A DNA stretch of 64,000 nt, from the NCBI RefSeq assembly GCF_018350175.1, contig NC_058368.1:744001-808000 (forward strand), read 5' to 3'. Origin of the DNA: Felis catus. Its lineage: Eukaryota. The notes under the pieces are model-generated. The model was not told the origin of the DNA and ran no database searches. It saw only the letters and a program-made list of their open reading frames with translations. This document shows, one piece after another, positions 25,439 through 38,854 of this stretch. Both the position numbers and the translations under genes were made by a program. Within the stretch, counting starts at the first letter, position 1. Each line of letters starts with the position of its first letter.

Positions 25439-26149
25439 GATATTTAGAAAAATATTTGGTTAAGAGAGTAAAAGCTTTAGAATTAAGGTGATTCACCTAT
25501 TTGGTATAATATTTTTTAATGTGTTTTAATTCCAATATAGTTAAGTTCATACAGTATTTAATATATCTGGTCCCAAAGAATTGTAGGCACTATACCCAGT
25601 CTCATATTCTAGTCAAAAGTGGATGAAACTAAGAAGCTTAAGTGTTTAAGACATTAAGGGTACAAATGGGTGAGATTTCTAGTTTTTAGGGCCTTGTATT
25701 TTTAGATGCTCTTGCAAATGAGTGATTTGTAAGATGAAAAGTATTAACTCAGCAGAACAGGACTGTGGCAGTTACTTTAGAAGTACTGCTGAGTGAGCCA
25801 GCCAGTTGAAAAACAAAAGGGTCCTGGTAGCAGTTTGTTTGGCCTTCTTATAATCTTGTCGTCTATGGTATTTCTGTTGTTCGTAAGCCACCAGACTGTG
25901 CTATCCTGATAGATAGACTAAGACCGTCATTATGATGAGGGTTGGCTTGGAGGAACAGCATCAATGCTAAATTTATATGTAAATTTATTTATTGGCGTTT
26001 ATAGATTCTTTCAGTTTATTGCTAACTAATTTTTTGTATGTTTTCAGAAGAATTAAATGAATCTGACAAATCTTGGGTTTTACCTTCAATTTTGAATAGG
26101 AGTCATTTTTATATAATAAAAAACTGGCATTTTTTTAGTGCCAGTTTAT

Positions 26150-28460
26150 GGGCATTTGATTTGATTTTGTAGTGTATAAGTAAATACTTTAGTTACACAA
26201 TTTAGTGAATTATCACAAAGCCAACACCTGTGTAACCTCCACCCAAATGAGGAAATATTAGACTGCCATCCCTAAAAACCTCTTTTGAATCCCCTTTTCG
26301 ATCAGTACCCCCATCCTCACCCAGAATCATTGTCCTGAATTATTATATGATAATAGGTTTCGTGCTTTGCTTTGTAATTTTTCCATCTAAGGATGCATTC
26401 CTTGACACTTGAGTGTCCTTTTACCTGTTTTTTTCTTTCTCTCTTTCTTTCTTTCCTTCTTTCTTTCTTTTCATACTTTCTTTTCATTTATTTATTGATT
26501 TATCAGTTTATTTATTTATTTTGAGAGAGAGTGTGTCCTGGAGGGGTAGAGAGAGAGAGAGAGAGGGAGAGAGAGAATCCCAAGCAGGTTCTGCACTGTC
26601 AGCACGTGGAGCCCAATGCGGTGCTCGAACTCACCAACTGTGAGATCATGACCTGAGCCAAAATCAGTAGTCAGACACTGAACCAACTGAGCCACCCAGG
26701 TGCCCCTTTTTCTTTCATTTAAATGGAATTTCACAATATTTATTTTGTGTGTCTGGGTTTTTCCCTCAACAATATCTTTGTGAGATTTAATCCATGTTGT
26801 GTAGAGCTGTATTTTATTTCCTTTTCATTGCTGCACATTATTCGGGTGCATGTATATATTACAGCCTATCTTTTCTCCTACTGTTAAGGGGCATTTGGGT
26901 TGTTTCCAGGTTTTGGCTGTTACGAATAATGCTTCTGTGATGAACATGTCTCCTGATACATTGTGTACGTGTTTCCCTTGGTTATAAACACTAAATGGAA
27001 TTGTTCAGACTTAAGGGACACAGGTATCTTCAACGTTCAGTGGAAACTATTTTTGAAAGCGGTTGTACCAATTTACACTATTACTAATGGTTTATGAGAT
27101 TCCCTTTTGTTTTGCATCCTGTCAGCACTTGATATGGTCAGACTTTTTATTTCTAGCCAGTTCTGATGGGTTCATGACGGTATTTCCTACTTTTAATTTG
27201 TATTTTTCTGATCCTACATTAGTAATCAGTGTTGAAATCATTGAGCATCTTTTCATATACTTAATGGAGATTTAGTTATCCTCTTTTATGAAATCTCTTT
27301 CTACTGGGTTGTCTGTCTTTATTGATTTGTTGATACGTATTTTGATTCATACCTTTTGTTGGTGATGTGAGCAGATCTCTTTCCCTGCTATCTTTTGATG
27401 AACAGTTTATATAGTTAATGTAAGGAAACTTTGTCGTGATGTTGAGTGCTTTTTATGTTTGGTTTGAGAAATCTTTCTCTACCCTAGATATGCTCTATAA
27501 TTTTTTTTCTAGGTGCTCTTTTGTTTTCCCTTTCAGATTTTATGTTTAACACTTCACTTAGAATTGATTTTGTGCATAGTGTAATGTGGGGGTCATGTTT
27601 CATTGAGCAGATCTTTCTTATTTTTCTGTAACAATGCTTTATAGATTTTAGAATCGACTTGCCAATTTCCTTACATAAAAACTTGGGATTTTTATTGGAA
27701 TTTGCATTGAACCTGTGGATAAATTTAGGATCAGTTTAATTTCTTTCAGTAATGTCTTATAGTTTTCTGTGTTGAGGTCTTAAACATCTTTTATTAAATA
27801 TATTTTTAGGTAGGGGCACCTGGGTGGCTCAGTCAGTTAAGCATCCAACTTCGGCTCAGGTCATGATCTCGTGGTCGGTGAGTTTGAGCCCCACATCGGG
27901 CTCTGTGCTGACAGCTCAGAGCCTGGAACCTGCTTCAGATTCTGTGTCTCCCTCTGGCCCTCCCCTGCTCATGCTCTGTCTCACTCTCTCTCTCAAAAAT
28001 AAATAAACATTAAAAAAAATTTTTTTAATGTATTTTTAGGTATATTTGATATTTTTGATGCAATAATAGTCTTTTTGAAAATTCCATTGTGTTTGTTGCT
28101 CATATACAGAAATACATTTGATTTATGTGTATGTGCCCTCAGTTGGTTAAAGAAATTCCCTTCTATCTCTAGTTACTAAATAATTTTATGAATGGGTGTT
28201 GAATTTCATTAAAATTTTTTTTCTGCATCTGTCAAGGTGATCACATAATTTTTCTCTTTTAAGTTTACTTATTTATTTTGAGAAAGAGACTGTGAGCAGG
28301 GGAGGGGCAGTGAGAGAGAGAGGGAGAGGGAGAGAATCCCAAGCAGGCTCCATGCTGTCAGTGCAGAGCCCAATGTGGGGCCTGAACCCACAAACTGAGA
28401 TCATGACCTGAGCCCAAACCATGAGTCAGATGCTTAACCGACTAAGCCACCCAGGCTCCT
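26150..28460 (-). mobile_element. Old antisense L1 fragments with three inserted Can-SINEs (about 26420-26706 -, 27813-28025 +, 28255-28460 -)
   Basis: T-rich antisense L1 motifs (gggcatttgggttgtttccag, ttgagcatcttttcatatactt) and SINE heads. Confidence 0.75.
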
Positions 28461-30589
28461 CTCTAACATCTTGAGGTGGATACATAGCTAACTGTTTTTC
28501 AGCCTTTGTTTTTTTTTCAAATTATATGCCTTTAGTGCTATAAATTATCCTCTGATCTTAGTTTAGGTGCAACTCATAAATTATGTTTGTACTATGTTTT
28601 CATTCAGGTAAAAATATTTTCCAATAGCTATAACTTGTGTGTAAATACATTGCTTAATTTCTAAACATTTGAGAGTATTACTAATATTCCATGTGCTTAA
28701 AAAAATTTTAATTTTAACTGACATATATCTATATATTGTTTCACATTGAATATTTGCTTGATTAATTGGGTTATTTAAAATCTATAATATTGTTGCCAGC
28801 AAGCAAGGCAGCCATTACTTAGGAAGTTGAAGCTAGAAATATGGGAAACTAATTTGAGAATAATTTACATGCATGAGCTGTTCTCAGTTTCATATTCCTA
28901 ATATTATTGATTATTGTAACATTTTTTATGACGTGTTCCTTGTCGACTTCAAAGCAACGCTAAAACAGACTAGATATTTTTACTTCTATTATTAACACAT
29001 TTGGAATCCATTGAAATGCTTAATTACAGTTGCACTTTTTTTTTTTTTTTAAACATTTCATGCTTATAATACACTGGGACCCATTGGCCTTGAGACTTTA
29101 TGCACTTTTGGAGGATAGGAGGACTGTCTTCTGCCTTTTTGGTTTGGATCACTGAGTAAGCTAAAAGAAAACTTGGCTACCAAGAAAATAGACTGTTTCT
29201 GGCATTTTGAAGATAAATTTATCATGAAATTTAATATATGGCAAAGCCCTGGGCAATATTTGGATCTACAGGATTTCTGTAAAAGAACATATAGTTCATG
29301 GATTTAATCTGTTTTCTATACTGTTGTATCTCTAAGACTCAAAGTTCCTAACATATAGTGACTTTCAATAAATATTTGTTCAATGAATGAATGAAACAAA
29401 ACTGCTGAAATAAAGATCAATAACAGTTATTAACAAATGAAATCTGGAGCTAGAATTGAGATGTGCTACTTAATACTTGAGAATGGTTGTTCATGCACTT
29501 ACTCTCATTGACCAGGTTGAGCTTAATTGACAGCTAGCACTAAATTTATAACTGTGTTCAATGTAGAAGTAAATGTTTACTAGTTTTTTTTTACTGTTTT
29601 TTTTTTTTAGTCATCAGAAAAGTTGTAAGAATTATATATAGCCTCACATATACCTTCGTGCATATCCCCCAGTTGTTAATACTGATTTTGTCTTTTTCCT
29701 CTATTTATATACATTTTTTTCTGTCCCATTTGAAGGTAAATAAGGGTTTAAAAGCTACATTGAGTAGCAGATACTACTGTTTCTATGTACACATAAAAAT
29801 AATGGGGCACAAGCATCGGTCCCTTCATCCTGTTATGTAACTGACCCATTGAACTGTATCAGTTTAGACTTAGTTATTATTTTAAGATTATGAGGCTTAT
29901 CTTTAAAAGTTAAGTTGCACTTTTTTCCCATTATTTCTTAGTTTTCAATTCTACTGGTTTCCAATCCAAGACCGATGTTGGTCTTTCTACAGGTGGCAGA
30001 ATGATTGAAAGGCAGTGTAGGTATGTTGAAGGGTAAAAGGAGAGGGACCAGCACTTGGCCTTTGGTTTGGAAAGTTTATTGCCTCGGTGGTTGTGTGAAT
30101 AACATCAGGCAGGTGTTAAGTGTAAGATAGAATAGTGCTCTGCAGGTCAAGTGGAAAACTATTTCATCTATTCTTGCTTCTCAGTGAGATTGGATATTGA
30201 GCAGAAAAGATAAACCAGAAATCTGGAGGAGCAAAAATTTGGAATATATGTGATAAAGACTTTTTTTAATGTTTACCTATTTTTGAGAGAGTGAGCATGA
30301 ACGGGGGAGGGGGGCAGAAAGAGAAGGAGACAGAGGATCTGAAGCAGGCTCTCCACTGACAGCTGAAACCACAAAGAGTATTCAAACTCACGAACCCGTG
30401 AGATCATAACCTGAGCTGAAATCAAGAGTCAGACCCTTACCCAACTGACCCACCCAAGCACCCCAATGTATGATAAAGATTTGCTAGCCATAAAACATTA
30501 AAAAGAAAAGTTATTATAAATGAGTGAGAAAATGGGCAAACGACAATAGGTAATTTTTAAGTCTTGTTTATTGTAGTTTCACATACATG

Positions 30590-32332
30590 TTTCTCTATTT
30601 ATGTATCTTAAAATTTGCCATCTTAATGTTTTTAAGGGCAAATGCATAGAGACAGAAGAGTCGTTAAGTACATTTGGGTAGATATGCAGCCATCACCACT
30701 GTCCATCTTTAGAACTTTTTCATCTTTCCAAATGAAACTGTCCCTATTAAACAATAATTCTCCTCCCCTGAACCCCTGGTATCCACCATTCTACCTTCTG
30801 TCTCGGTGAATCTGCTAATTCAGGTCCTTAATGTAAGTGGAATCATGCAATATTTGTCCTTCTGTTTCTGGCTTATTTCACCGACCATAGTATTTTCAGG
30901 GTTCATCCATCTTATAGAATGTGTCAGAATTTCCTTCGCTTTTAAGACTGCGTAATGTTTCATTGTATGTGTATACCACATTTTGTTTATCCATTTATCT
31001 GTTGAAGGACACTTGGATTATTTCCATTTTTTGGCTGTTGTGAACAGTACACTACTGGACATGGTTGAATGAATACTTGTTTGAATTCCTGTTTTCAGTT
31101 CTTTTGGGTGTATATCCAGCAGTGGAATTATCGGGCCGTAAGGTAATTCTGTTTAACTTTTTGAAGAATTGCCAACTGTTTTCCACAGCAGCTGTAACAT
31201 TTGACATTCCTACCACTAATGTTAGAAGGTTCTAATTTCTCCCCATTCTCACACACATTTGTTTTACATGTTTTTGCTTCTTTTAATATACCCATCTAGT
31301 AACTGGTGTGAAATAGTGTCTCATGGGTTTTATTTGCATTTCCCTAAGGACTAATGGTGATAAGCATCTTTTCATATGCTTATTGGCCATTTGTATATCT
31401 TGTTTAGAAAAATGTTTGGTCAAGTCCTTTCCCCTTTTTAAGTGGGTTGTTTGCCTTATTTTTCTGTTTCGTTTCTTAGTTTTTTGTTTGTCTTATTTTT
31501 GAATTATAGGAATTGTTTACATATTGTGGATATTAATCCTTTTTCAGATGCGACTTGTAAATATTTTCTTCAGTTCTATAGGTTGCCTTTTCACTATGTT
31601 GATAATGTCCTTTGATGCACAAAAGTTTTTAATTTTGATGAACTCCTCTCACCTATTTTTGTTTTTGTTTTTGGAGTTAAATTCAAGAATGCATTGTCAA
31701 ATCCAAGGTCCTGAAGATTTACCCCTATGTTTTCTTCTAAAAATTTTATGGTTTCATTTCTTAAATTTAGGTCTGATTCATTTTGAGTTAATTTTTGTAT
31801 ATGGTATGAGGTAGGGTCCAGCTTCCTTTTTTGGGGGGGAAATCCAGTTGTTTCAGCACAATTTGTTTCCATATTAGACTTGACACCCTTATCAAAAATC
31901 AATAGGCCAGGGAGCCTGGGTGGCTCAGTCGGTTGGGCGTCTGACTTTGGCTCAGGTGATGATCTCACCGTCTGTGGGTTTGAGCCCCGCATTGGGCTCT
32001 GTGCTGACAGCTCAGAACCTGGAGCCTGCTTCGGATTCTATGTCTCCCTCTCTCTCTCTCTGTCCCTCCCCCGCTCAAGCTCTGTCTCTGTCTCTCTCAA
32101 AAATAAATAAACATTAAAAAATTGTTTTTTAGAAATCAATAGGCCGTGGATGTATGGGTTCATTTTTGGATTTTTCTGTGTCTGTCCTGATGCCAGTACC
32201 ATACTGTTTCGATCGCTGCAGCTTTGTAGTAAGTTTGTAAGTCTTTTACCTTGTTGGTTAAATTTATTCCTAAGTGTTTTATTCTTTTAGGTGCTGTTAT
32301 AAATGGAATTGTTTTCTTAATTTCCTTTTTGG
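30590..32332 (-). mobile_element. Old antisense L1 3' portion; resumes at about 40256-40515 after the nested L1
   Basis: Antisense ORF2 and 3'UTR motifs. Contains a + SINE at 31909-32130 with TSD aaatcaataggcc. Confidence 0.85.
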
Positions 32333-33566
32333 GAGGAGTTTGGGAAGATGGTGGAGTAGGAGGACCCAGAGCTCACCCCATCCCATATTTACAACTAGAT
32401 AACGTCTACATCCAAGTTAGTAAACTGGAGAGCAATCTGAAGACTGGTGGAAGAAATTCCACAACTAAATATAGAGAAGAAGCTGCATCTGAAAGGTTAG
32501 GAAGGTCAAAAAGGCAGAGAGAGGCTGCCTGCAGGAGAGAGGGAGCTGCATTGCATGGAGAGAGCAGAGAAATGGGCCCTCACACCAGGGACCTCACACG
32601 GGGAAAACCAATCCCCATAATATTAAAAACCAGAGGAGCCGAGTTCTGTGAGTTTATAAAACCAGTGGGGCTTGAAACCTGGAACTTTAAAAGTCACCTG
32701 ACTCAGCACTGCACTGGCCACTAGGGTGAGTGATAGCTAGGTGGCCACCCTTAAAGAGACAGCAACTTTTGTAGAGAGGCAACATAAAAACAGCATGCAT
32801 ACAACACTGGGGGCATAGAGGAGACAGATCTGTTCATACTGATTTTGGACCATGTTGGGGGACTTCTTTGAAAACAAAGGAGCTGGCAGGTGCTGTTTTC
32901 CTCTCCACTCCCACCAGCCTAAACTCAGAGCCACCTATAGGAGGCAGAGCTGCACAAACACTTGCTACCTAATGTGCTAGCAGTATGCCATGCCCATGAT
33001 TTCTCCTGAGAACTCGCCCACTCCAGGCCTGCTAACCTTGGTCCTGGACTCAGGATGAATTTTGTTAAAGCCACACACGCTCACTCCAATACCTAGCATA
33101 TTGCACCCAGCCACATGCTCCCACCCACTCTCGTGCACCAGGCCCACCCATACCCAGCTATCATCATGCACCATGCCAGCCTTTTGGCCCCTGCCACCTC
33201 CATGCACAGCTCCCAGCTGCTATAGCACTTCAAGGAATCCAGCATTGGACTAGTGGCCCAACCCAAAATTTGCTAACAACATCATCCTGCTCCCAAGCTC
33301 CCTGATGGGCATGCCCCCCTCAGAGCTGTCTTGCCTGGGTCCCACTAACACCAGAGAGCGGGCACAGCCCACAAAGGTAGAGAGTCAGTGCAAACAATTG
33401 CACTGAAAGGAAATGTGACTAAGATACAACAGCCAAGTATAAGCAACATACGATACTCTCTAAGTGCCAGGTTCTGGTGAACAGGGGACACTGCACTGCA
33501 GGGCACACCAGGACATCCTCTTCATAAAGTTACTACTTTCAAGAGTAGAAGGCATAGCTGACTTTC

Positions 33567-33568
<2 letters not shown>

Positions 33569-33610
<42 letters not shown>

Positions 33611-33986
33611 TTATATAATATAATTTATTGTCAAATTGGTTTCCTTACAACACCCAGTGCTCATCCCAACAGGTGCCCTCCTCAATGCCCATCACCCACT
33701 TTCCCCTCTCCCCGACCCCCCATCAACCCTCAGTTTGTTCTCAGTATTTGAGTCTCTTATGGTTTTCCTCCTTACCTCTCTCTAACTTTTTTTCCCCTCT
33801 TCCCCTCCCCCATGGTCTTCTCTTAAGTTTCTCAGGATCCACATATGAGTGAAAATATATGGTATCTTTCTCTGACTGACTTATTTCACTTAGCATAATA
33901 CTCTTCAGTTCCATCCATGTTGCTACAAATAGCCAGATTTCATTCTTTCTCATTGCCAAGTAGTATTTCATTGTATATATAAAATT
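33569..33986 (-). mobile_element. 5'-truncated felid L1 3' end with a (CA)20 tail, nested in the full-length L1
   Basis: TSD gctgactttctt at 33557-33568 and 33987-33998. (GT)20 at 33569-33608. Confidence 0.9.
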
Positions 33987-36900
33987 GCTGACTTTCTTAA
34001 CAGAAACAGAGAGGCAGACAAAATGAGGACATAGAAATTTATCCAAAATGAAAAAACAGGACAAGGCTATGGTCAGAGATCTAAGCAAAACATATATGAC
34101 ATGCCTAATAGAGAATTTAAAGCAGTGATCATAAGTATACTCACTTGACTTGAGAAAAGAGTGGAAGACATGAGTGATACCCTTAACACAGAGATAAGGA
34201 ATAACATAGCAAAGATAAAGGGCTTAAATAAACAAGTGAGAAACACACTTGATGAAATGAATAGCAGTATGGAAGAAGCAGAGAAACAAATTCATGACCT
34301 AGAAGACCGTAATGGAAAGTAACTAAGTTGAACAAAAGCCAGAAGGAGAATTACACAAAACAAGAATAGACTTAGGGAGGCTCCTGTGTGGCTCATGTAG
34401 TTGAGTATCTGACTCGATTTTGGCTCAGATCATGATCCCAGGATCGTGGTATCAAGCCCCACGTTGGGCTCTGTGCTGACTATGGATTCTCTCTCTCCTT
34501 CTGCTATTCTCCCCTGTTTACAATCTCTCTCTAAAAACATAATAAAATTAAATTTAAGAACAGCTTAATGGAGCACCTGGGTGGCTCAGTCAGTTAAGTG
34601 TCTGACTTTGGGTCAGGTCATGATCTCGCAGTTTGTGAGTTCGAGCCCCACATTGGGCTCTGTACTGGGAGCTCGGAGCCTGGAGCCTGTTTCAGATTCT
34701 GTGTCTCCCTCTCTTTCTGTTCCTCCCTCGCTCACACTCTGTCTCTGTCTCTGTCTCTCTCTCAAAAATAGGTAAAGACAAAAAAAAAAAAAAAAAAGAA
34801 TAGCTTAGGGAACTCAGTGACACCATCAATCAATATTAATGTTATAGGAGTCTCAGAAGAAGAAGGGAGAGAAAAGGGGGCAGAGATTTTATTTAATGAA
34901 ATAAAAGCTGAAAACTTCCCTAATCTGGGAAAAGAAACCAATATCCATATCCAGGAGGCACAGAGGACTTCCATCAAAATCAACAAAGCAGATTCATGCC
35001 AACACATACTGTAATTAAATTTGCAAAATACAGTGATAAAGAAAAAATTTTTAAAGCAGCAACACACAAGTCAGTAACTTACAAAGGAAAGCCCATAAGG
35101 CTAGTGGGAGATTTTTCAGCAGAAACTTGGCAAGCTGGTAGGGAGTGGCATGATGTATTCAATGTGGTGAATGGGAAGAATCTGCAGCCAAGAATACCCT
35201 GTCCAAGGGTATCATTCAGAATATAAGGAGAGTTTCCTGGGCAATAAATAAATAAATAAATAATCACTAAACCAGCCCTGAAAGAACTGTTAAAGAGGAC
35301 TCTTTGAAAAGATAGACCAAAAGTGACAGTATAGAGGTATGAAATACAGTAAAAATGAGTATTTCTATAAAAAATCAGTCAAGGAACTCATACACAAAAG
35401 AAAGGACGTAAGCTATGCTAATATATACTTAACCTACAATGTGGGGAGTAAAGGAGAGAAAATGAGCTCAAACTTAAATGACCATCAATTTAATATAGAC
35501 TGCTATATGTAAAAGAGGTTATATACAAATCTAATGGGAACCATGTCAAAAACCACTAATAAACATACAAAAGAAAAAGAAATCTAAATATATCAGTAAA
35601 GAAAATCAACAAAACATGAAAGAAAAGATCAGAGAAAATCTTCAGAAACAACCACAAAATTAGCAATAAAATGTCAATAAATACATATTTACCAATAGTT
35701 ACTTTGAATGTAAATAGACCAAACATTCCAATCAAAAGACATGGGATGACAGAATAGATAAAAGACCAAGAGTCATCTATATGTTGCCTACAAGAGACTT
35801 GTTTTAAACCTAAAGACATCTGCAGATTGGAAGTGAGGGAATGAGGAAACATCTGTCATCCAAATGGATATCAAGAGAAAGCTGGAGTAATGATACTTAG
35901 GTTGGAAAAAATAGACTTGGGAATAAAGACTGTAACAAGAAACAAAGACACTATATAATGGGACAATTGAACAAGAAGATACAACAATTGTAAATATTTA
36001 TGCACCCAGCTTGGAAGCGCCCATACATAAAACAGTAACAAACATAAAGGAACGAACCAATAATAATACAGTAATGGTAGCGGACTTTAACATCCCACAT
36101 ACATCAGTAGATCATCTAAACAGAAAATCAACAAGGAAACAATGGCTTTGATTGACACACTGGATCAGATGGATTTAACAGATAATTTCAGAATATTCCA
36201 TCCTAAAAGAACAGAATACACATTCTTTTCAAGTGCACACAGAACATTCTCCAGAATAGATCACATCAGCTCACAAAACCAGGCTCAACAAATTCAAGAT
36301 CGAAGTTATACCATAAATCTTTTTGACCACAACACTATGAAACTGCAAGTCAGCCAGAAGAAAAAATCTAGAAAGACTACAAATACATGGAGGTTAAGTA
36401 ACATGCTACTAAACAATGAATAGGTGAACCAGGAAATTAAAAAAAAAAATAAAAAGTACATGGAAACAAATGAAAATTGAAACATAACAGTCCAAAACCT
36501 CTGGGATGATGCAAAAGTAGTCCTAAGAGGGAAGTTTATAGCAATATGGGCCTACCTCAAGAAGCAAGAAAAATCTCAAATAAACAATTGAACCTTACGT
36601 CTAAAGAAGCTAGAAGAATAACAAAAAAGAAAGAAAGAAGAAGAAAACAGCAGGAAGGAAATGATAAAGATTAGAGCAGAAATAAATGATACAGAAACTA
36701 AAAAGTAAAACCCAAAAGAACAGATCAATAAAATGAGGAGCTGGTTCTTTGGAAAAAGTAAAATTGATAAACTTCTAGCCAGAGATATCAAGAAAAAAAG
36801 AGAAAGGACTGAAATAAAAATCACAAATGAGATCAGAGAAGTAACAACTAACATGATAGTAATATAAATAATCATAAGAGAATATTATGAAAAACTGTAT

Positions 36901-38626
36901 GCCAACAAAATGGACACCCTAGAAAAAAATGGATAAATTCCTAGAAACATATAAACCACTAAAACAGAAAGAAATAGAAATTTGAACAGTCCAATAGCCA
37001 GCAAAGAAATTGAGTTACTATTAAAAAATTTCCCAACAAACGAAAGTCTAGGACCTGGTGGCTTCATAGGAAAATTCTACTAAACATTTAAAGAGGAGTT
37101 AATACCTATTCTTCTCAAAACTATTCCACAAAATTAAAAAGGAAGGAAAACCTCCAAATTCATTCTGTGAGGCCAGCATTACCCTGATCCCAAAACCAGA
37201 TAGACACCACTAAAAAAGAGAACTACAGACCTATATCCCTGATGAACACAGATACAAAAATTCTCAACAAAATACTAGGAAACCAGATCTAACAATACAT
37301 TTAAAAAAATCATTCACCGTGGTCAAGTGGGATTTATTCCTGGGTTGCAAGGGTTCAGTATTTGCAAATCAATCAACATGGTACATCACTTCAGTGAGAG
37401 AAAGGATAATGGGGCATCCCGGTGACTCAGTCAGTTGAGCATCTGACTCTTGATTTCAGCTCAGGTCATAATCTCATGATTTGTGGGATGAAGCCCCACA
37501 AAACTGTGCAGACAGCATGGAGCCTGCTTGAGATTCATTCTCTCTCTCTCTTTCTCTCTCTCTCTGTGTCTCCCCCACTCTCTCTCCCCCTTGCACATGC
37601 ATGCATACTCTCTCTCTCTCAAAATAAACTTAAAAAAAAAAATGAAAAGAACCTATAGGATCATTTTAATAGATGTAGAAAAAGCATTTGACAAAGTATA
37701 ACATCTGTTCATGATAAAAACCCTCAACAAAGTAGGTTTAGAGGGAACATACTTCAATATGATAAAGGCCATATATGGAAAACCCACAACTAACATTATC
37801 CTTAATGGGGAAAAACAGAGCTTCTTCCTAAGGTCATGAATAAGACAAGGATGTCCACTCTCACCACTTTTATTCAACATAGTACTGGAAGTCCTAGCCA
37901 CAGCAATCAGACAATAAAAAGAAATGAAAGCCATCCATATTGGTAAGGAAGTAGTAAAATTTTCACTATTTGCAGATAACATGATATTCTATACAGAAAA
38001 CCCCCAAAGACTCCACCAAAAAACTGCTAGAACTGATAAACGAATTTGGTAAAGTCACAGGATACAAAATCAATGTACAGAAATCTGTTGCATTTCTGTA
38101 CACCAGTAGTGAAGTGGCAGAAAGAGAAATTAAGAAAATGATCCCATTTACAGTTGCACCAAAAATAATAAAATTCCTTGGAATAAACCTAACCAAAGAG
38201 GTGAAAGACCTGTACTCTGAAAACTGTAAAACTCTGATGAAAGAAATTGAAGATGACACAAAGAAGTGGAAAGACATTCCTGCTCATAGATTGGAAGAAT
38301 AAATATTGTTAAAGTGTCTGTACTACCCAAAGCAGTCTACACATTTAATGTAATCTCTGTCAAAATACCAATAGCATTTTTCATGGAACCTAGGACAGAA
38401 AATCCTAAAGTTTGTATGGAACCACAGAAGACCCCGAATAACCAAAGGAGTCTTGGGGGGAAAAAGAAGAACGAAAAAAAGCAAGGCTAAAGGCCTCACA
38501 ATTCTGGACTTCAAGTTATATTACAAAGCTGTAGTAGTTAACAGTATGGTACTGGGACAAAAATAGACACATAGATCAATGGAATAGAAAACCCAGAAGT
38601 AAACCTACAATTATATGGTGATTAAT

Positions 38627-38854
38627 CTTTTTTTTTAATTGTTTTTTTTAACGTTTATTAATTTTGAGACAGAGGGAGGCAGAGCATGAACGGGGGAGGG
38701 TCAGAGAGAGAGGGAGACACAGAATCGGAAGCAGGCTCCAGGCTCTGGGCCATCATCAGCCCAGAGCCCGACGCGGGGCTCGAACTCACGGACCGTGAGA
38801 TCGTGACCTGAGCTCAAGTCGGACGCTTAACCGACTCAGCCACCCAGGCGCCCC
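38627..38854 (-). mobile_element. Young SINEC_Fc within L1 ORF2
   Basis: CpG-rich copy with TSD atatggtgattaatcttt. Confidence 0.92.

Noticed and set aside
32251..32724. 157-aa ORF spanning an L1/L1 junction
   Set aside because: Chimeric reading across antisense L1 and an L1 5'UTR with a non-ATG start and no recognisable domain.
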